64,000 nucleotides of DNA from Squalus acanthias (taxonomy: Eukaryota): NCBI GenBank assembly GCA_030390025.1, contig CM059432.1, positions 131,194,001-131,258,000 on the forward strand, in the 5' to 3' direction. The translations under genes were made by a program, and so were the position numbers. The notes below the pieces were generated by a model that saw only the letters and a program-made list of their open reading frames with translations, ran no database searches and was not told where the DNA came from. Below, one piece after another: positions 61,624-64,000 of the stretch. The stretch's first letter is position 1, and each line of letters opens with the position of its first letter.

Positions 61624-62610
61624 ATTATTTCTCCACATTACATTCCATCTGCCACATTCTTGCCTATTCACTTAACCTGTCTATATCCCTTTGCGTCCTC
61701 CTCATAGCTTACATTCCCAGCTAGCTTTGTATCATCAGCAAACTTGGATACATTACACTCGGTCCCCTCGTCTAAGACGTTGATATAGATTGTAAATAGC
61801 TGAGGCCCAAGCACTGATCCTTGCAGTACCCCACTAGTTACAGCCTGCCAACCCGAAAATGACCCGTTTATTCCTACTCTCTGTTTTCTATCCGTTAACC
61901 AATCTTCAATCCATGCTAAGATTTTACCACCAAAAAACCTGAGCCCTACTTTTGTGTAAAAACCTCTTGTGTGGCACCTTATCGCATGTTTTTTTGAAAA
62001 TCCAAATACACTACATCCACTGGTTCCCCCTTATCTACCCAGCTAGTTGCGCCCTCAAAAAACTCTAGTAGACTTGTCAAACACAATTTCCCTTTCATAA
62101 ATCTGTGTTGACCCTGCCTAATCTTATTCTGATTTTCTAAGTACCCTGTTACCATGTCCATAATAGATTCTAACATATTCTCTACGACTGATGTCAGGCT
62201 AACTGGCCTATAGTTTTGTTTTCTCTCTCCTTCCTTTCTTGAATAGCGGAACAACATTTGCTACCTTCCAATCCCGCGGGGAACATTCTGGAATCTAGGG
62301 AATTCTGGAAGACCAAAACCAATGCATCCACTATCTCTGTAGCCACCTCTTTTAAAACTCACTACCATAGGGAGTGGTTGAAGCGAATAGTATAGATGCA
62401 TTTAAGGGGAGGCTAGACAAGCATATGAGGGAGAAGGGAATAGAGGGTTATGCTGATAGATTTAGATGAGGAAAGATGCGAGGAGGCTCGAGTGGAGCAT
62501 AAATGCCAGCATGGACTGGTTGGGCCGAATGGCCTGTTTCTGTGCCGTATATTCTATACAATCCTATTTCCAGAATTTTTTTTGTCTTCTACCATGAAGA
62601 CAGATACAAA

Positions 62611-64000
62611 GGCTGGAATTTTCTGTACCTGGGTGGGTCGTATGCGGGCAGTTGCCATGGCGGGTCGTGACCCTGTTCTTCATACCATGCCACTCCTGAG
62701 ATTGACTTTCTGTTAATGGGTCCTATTAAAGCCGCCCTGCGCGTTACCCAGCCCTATTAAATGGTACAGGTCTGATGATGTCATCGATGATGCATTTTCA
62801 GCTGGGATATTTAAAGGAGCCATGGCCACATTGCATTTGAAGGTTCACCTAAGAGTGTGCAGGCAGCATACTGCACAATTGGACTGCTACAAAGAGTGCC
62901 AAACATGACTGCACTGAGACAGAGGGCTGCACTCAGGTTGTCCGATGACTCTCTCCTTATGCTTGTGGAGGGAGTGAGAGCACGCAGGGGGTGCTCTTCC
63001 CTTTTACTGGGCGGAAGAGACCTCCCCAGGAGATCGAAGGAGTCTGGCTCCAAATAGCAGAGGAGGTCAACAGCAGGGATGTGGTCAGGAGGACCTGGGT
63101 GCAGTGCCGCAAATGTTTCAATGATCTCATTAGATCAGGAAAGGTGAGTGCAAAGCCACACTCAACTTCATCCTGCTGCGCGCCTCATCACATTCCCATC
63201 ACTCTGCCTTCCAAACCCTACCCTTGCTTATCCTTACTCACACCAACATACCTTGCATGTCCACCCATCCCTTTCGCTCTATCTACATTATCACATCCCC
63301 ATCTCACTCGCCACCCCTTACACCCACCCTCATCCAAATGCAATCATACAAACTAACAACACACAAGGAGGCCACTTGGCATTGCTACCCCACGCCATCA
63401 TAGTCACCCTCTACAGATGTAACCAATTCATTCCTTACACTCATTCCATCACTCCCACTCAACCTTTTCTTCTTTCCCTCCTTGCAGGAAAAGAGATCCC
63501 ACAATAAGAGGGAGAGGGAGAGAACCGGAGGTGGCACTCCATCATTGGCCACCCTAACATCAGCAGAGGAGGCTGCCTTGGAAGTCTCTGGATTCGCCGA
63601 GTAGCTGGAGGTGGAAGATGGAGAGAGGGGGACATCTCAGCAACCTGGTGACGGAATTACATATCATACAGCTACATGGCATATAGCAGTCACTCATATG
63701 GGGACTGATTTCAGCAGCCAGTGAATGTTCATCATGTGCATAATGGTATCGGTACCCATTCTTCATATGACATATCTAACTTATCTCTTTACTCTCCCAC
63801 AGGTCCATCGTGACCTGGCGCGATAGCCTGATCCTCCTTTGGCACTGCTGCTCCATCATGTTGAGGAAGCTCATCCTCTGCCAGTATACCCTGTGTTGGG
63901 GGTATCGCCTCCGGCACGGTGCAGTATGTGCTGATGCTCTCTGTCCTGTGCAACATCAGGTGGTTGAGGAGAAGGTTGGTGGTGGTGTTGTTGGTGCTGC
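62611..64000. mobile_element. Internally deleted Harbinger element running off the window end
   Basis: Terminus ggctggaatttt; Myb exons 62906-63143 (WVQCRKCFNDLIRSGK|gtgagt) and 63488-63647; transposase N-terminus on - at 63815-63915 (RRRYPQHRVYWQRMSFL..EQQCQRRIRLSR). Confidence 0.8.

Larger units (their letters stand above)
59596..62355 (-). mobile_element. CR1 ORF2 fragment carrying three nested insertions
   Basis: CR1 sequence resumes after 59924-60019, 60257-60636 and 60858-61623. Confidence 0.85.

Overview
Eukaryotic, repeat-dense DNA, most likely from a cartilaginous fish (HE1/V-SINE, Deu-domain SINE and abundant CR1 LINEs). About 1 kb of exonic sequence on the + strand belongs to one host gene. 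Eight phase-compatible GT-AG exons between 11030 and 48579 splice into a stop-free ~321-aa segment (pre-S1 to S6) of a six-TM TRP-superfamily channel. It does not look like canonical TRPA1 or TRPV: it has a long S2-S3 loop with a CHPxW motif and a glycine-free pore segment. Both ends of the gene lie outside what I could identify. The rest is transposable elements: two near full-length and many truncated CR1 LINEs, a second LINE family ('family B') whose 5' end appears to be tRNA-derived plus a matching SINE, RTE and L2 fragments, four PIF/Harbinger elements with intron-containing Myb/SANT genes, their MITEs, a pogo/Tigger-like MITE, a solo LTR, and two ~97-bp TSD-flanked insertions that start at a hammerhead-ribozyme core. 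All assignments come from reading the sequence by eye; no searches were run, and TE boundaries without a stated TSD are approximate.
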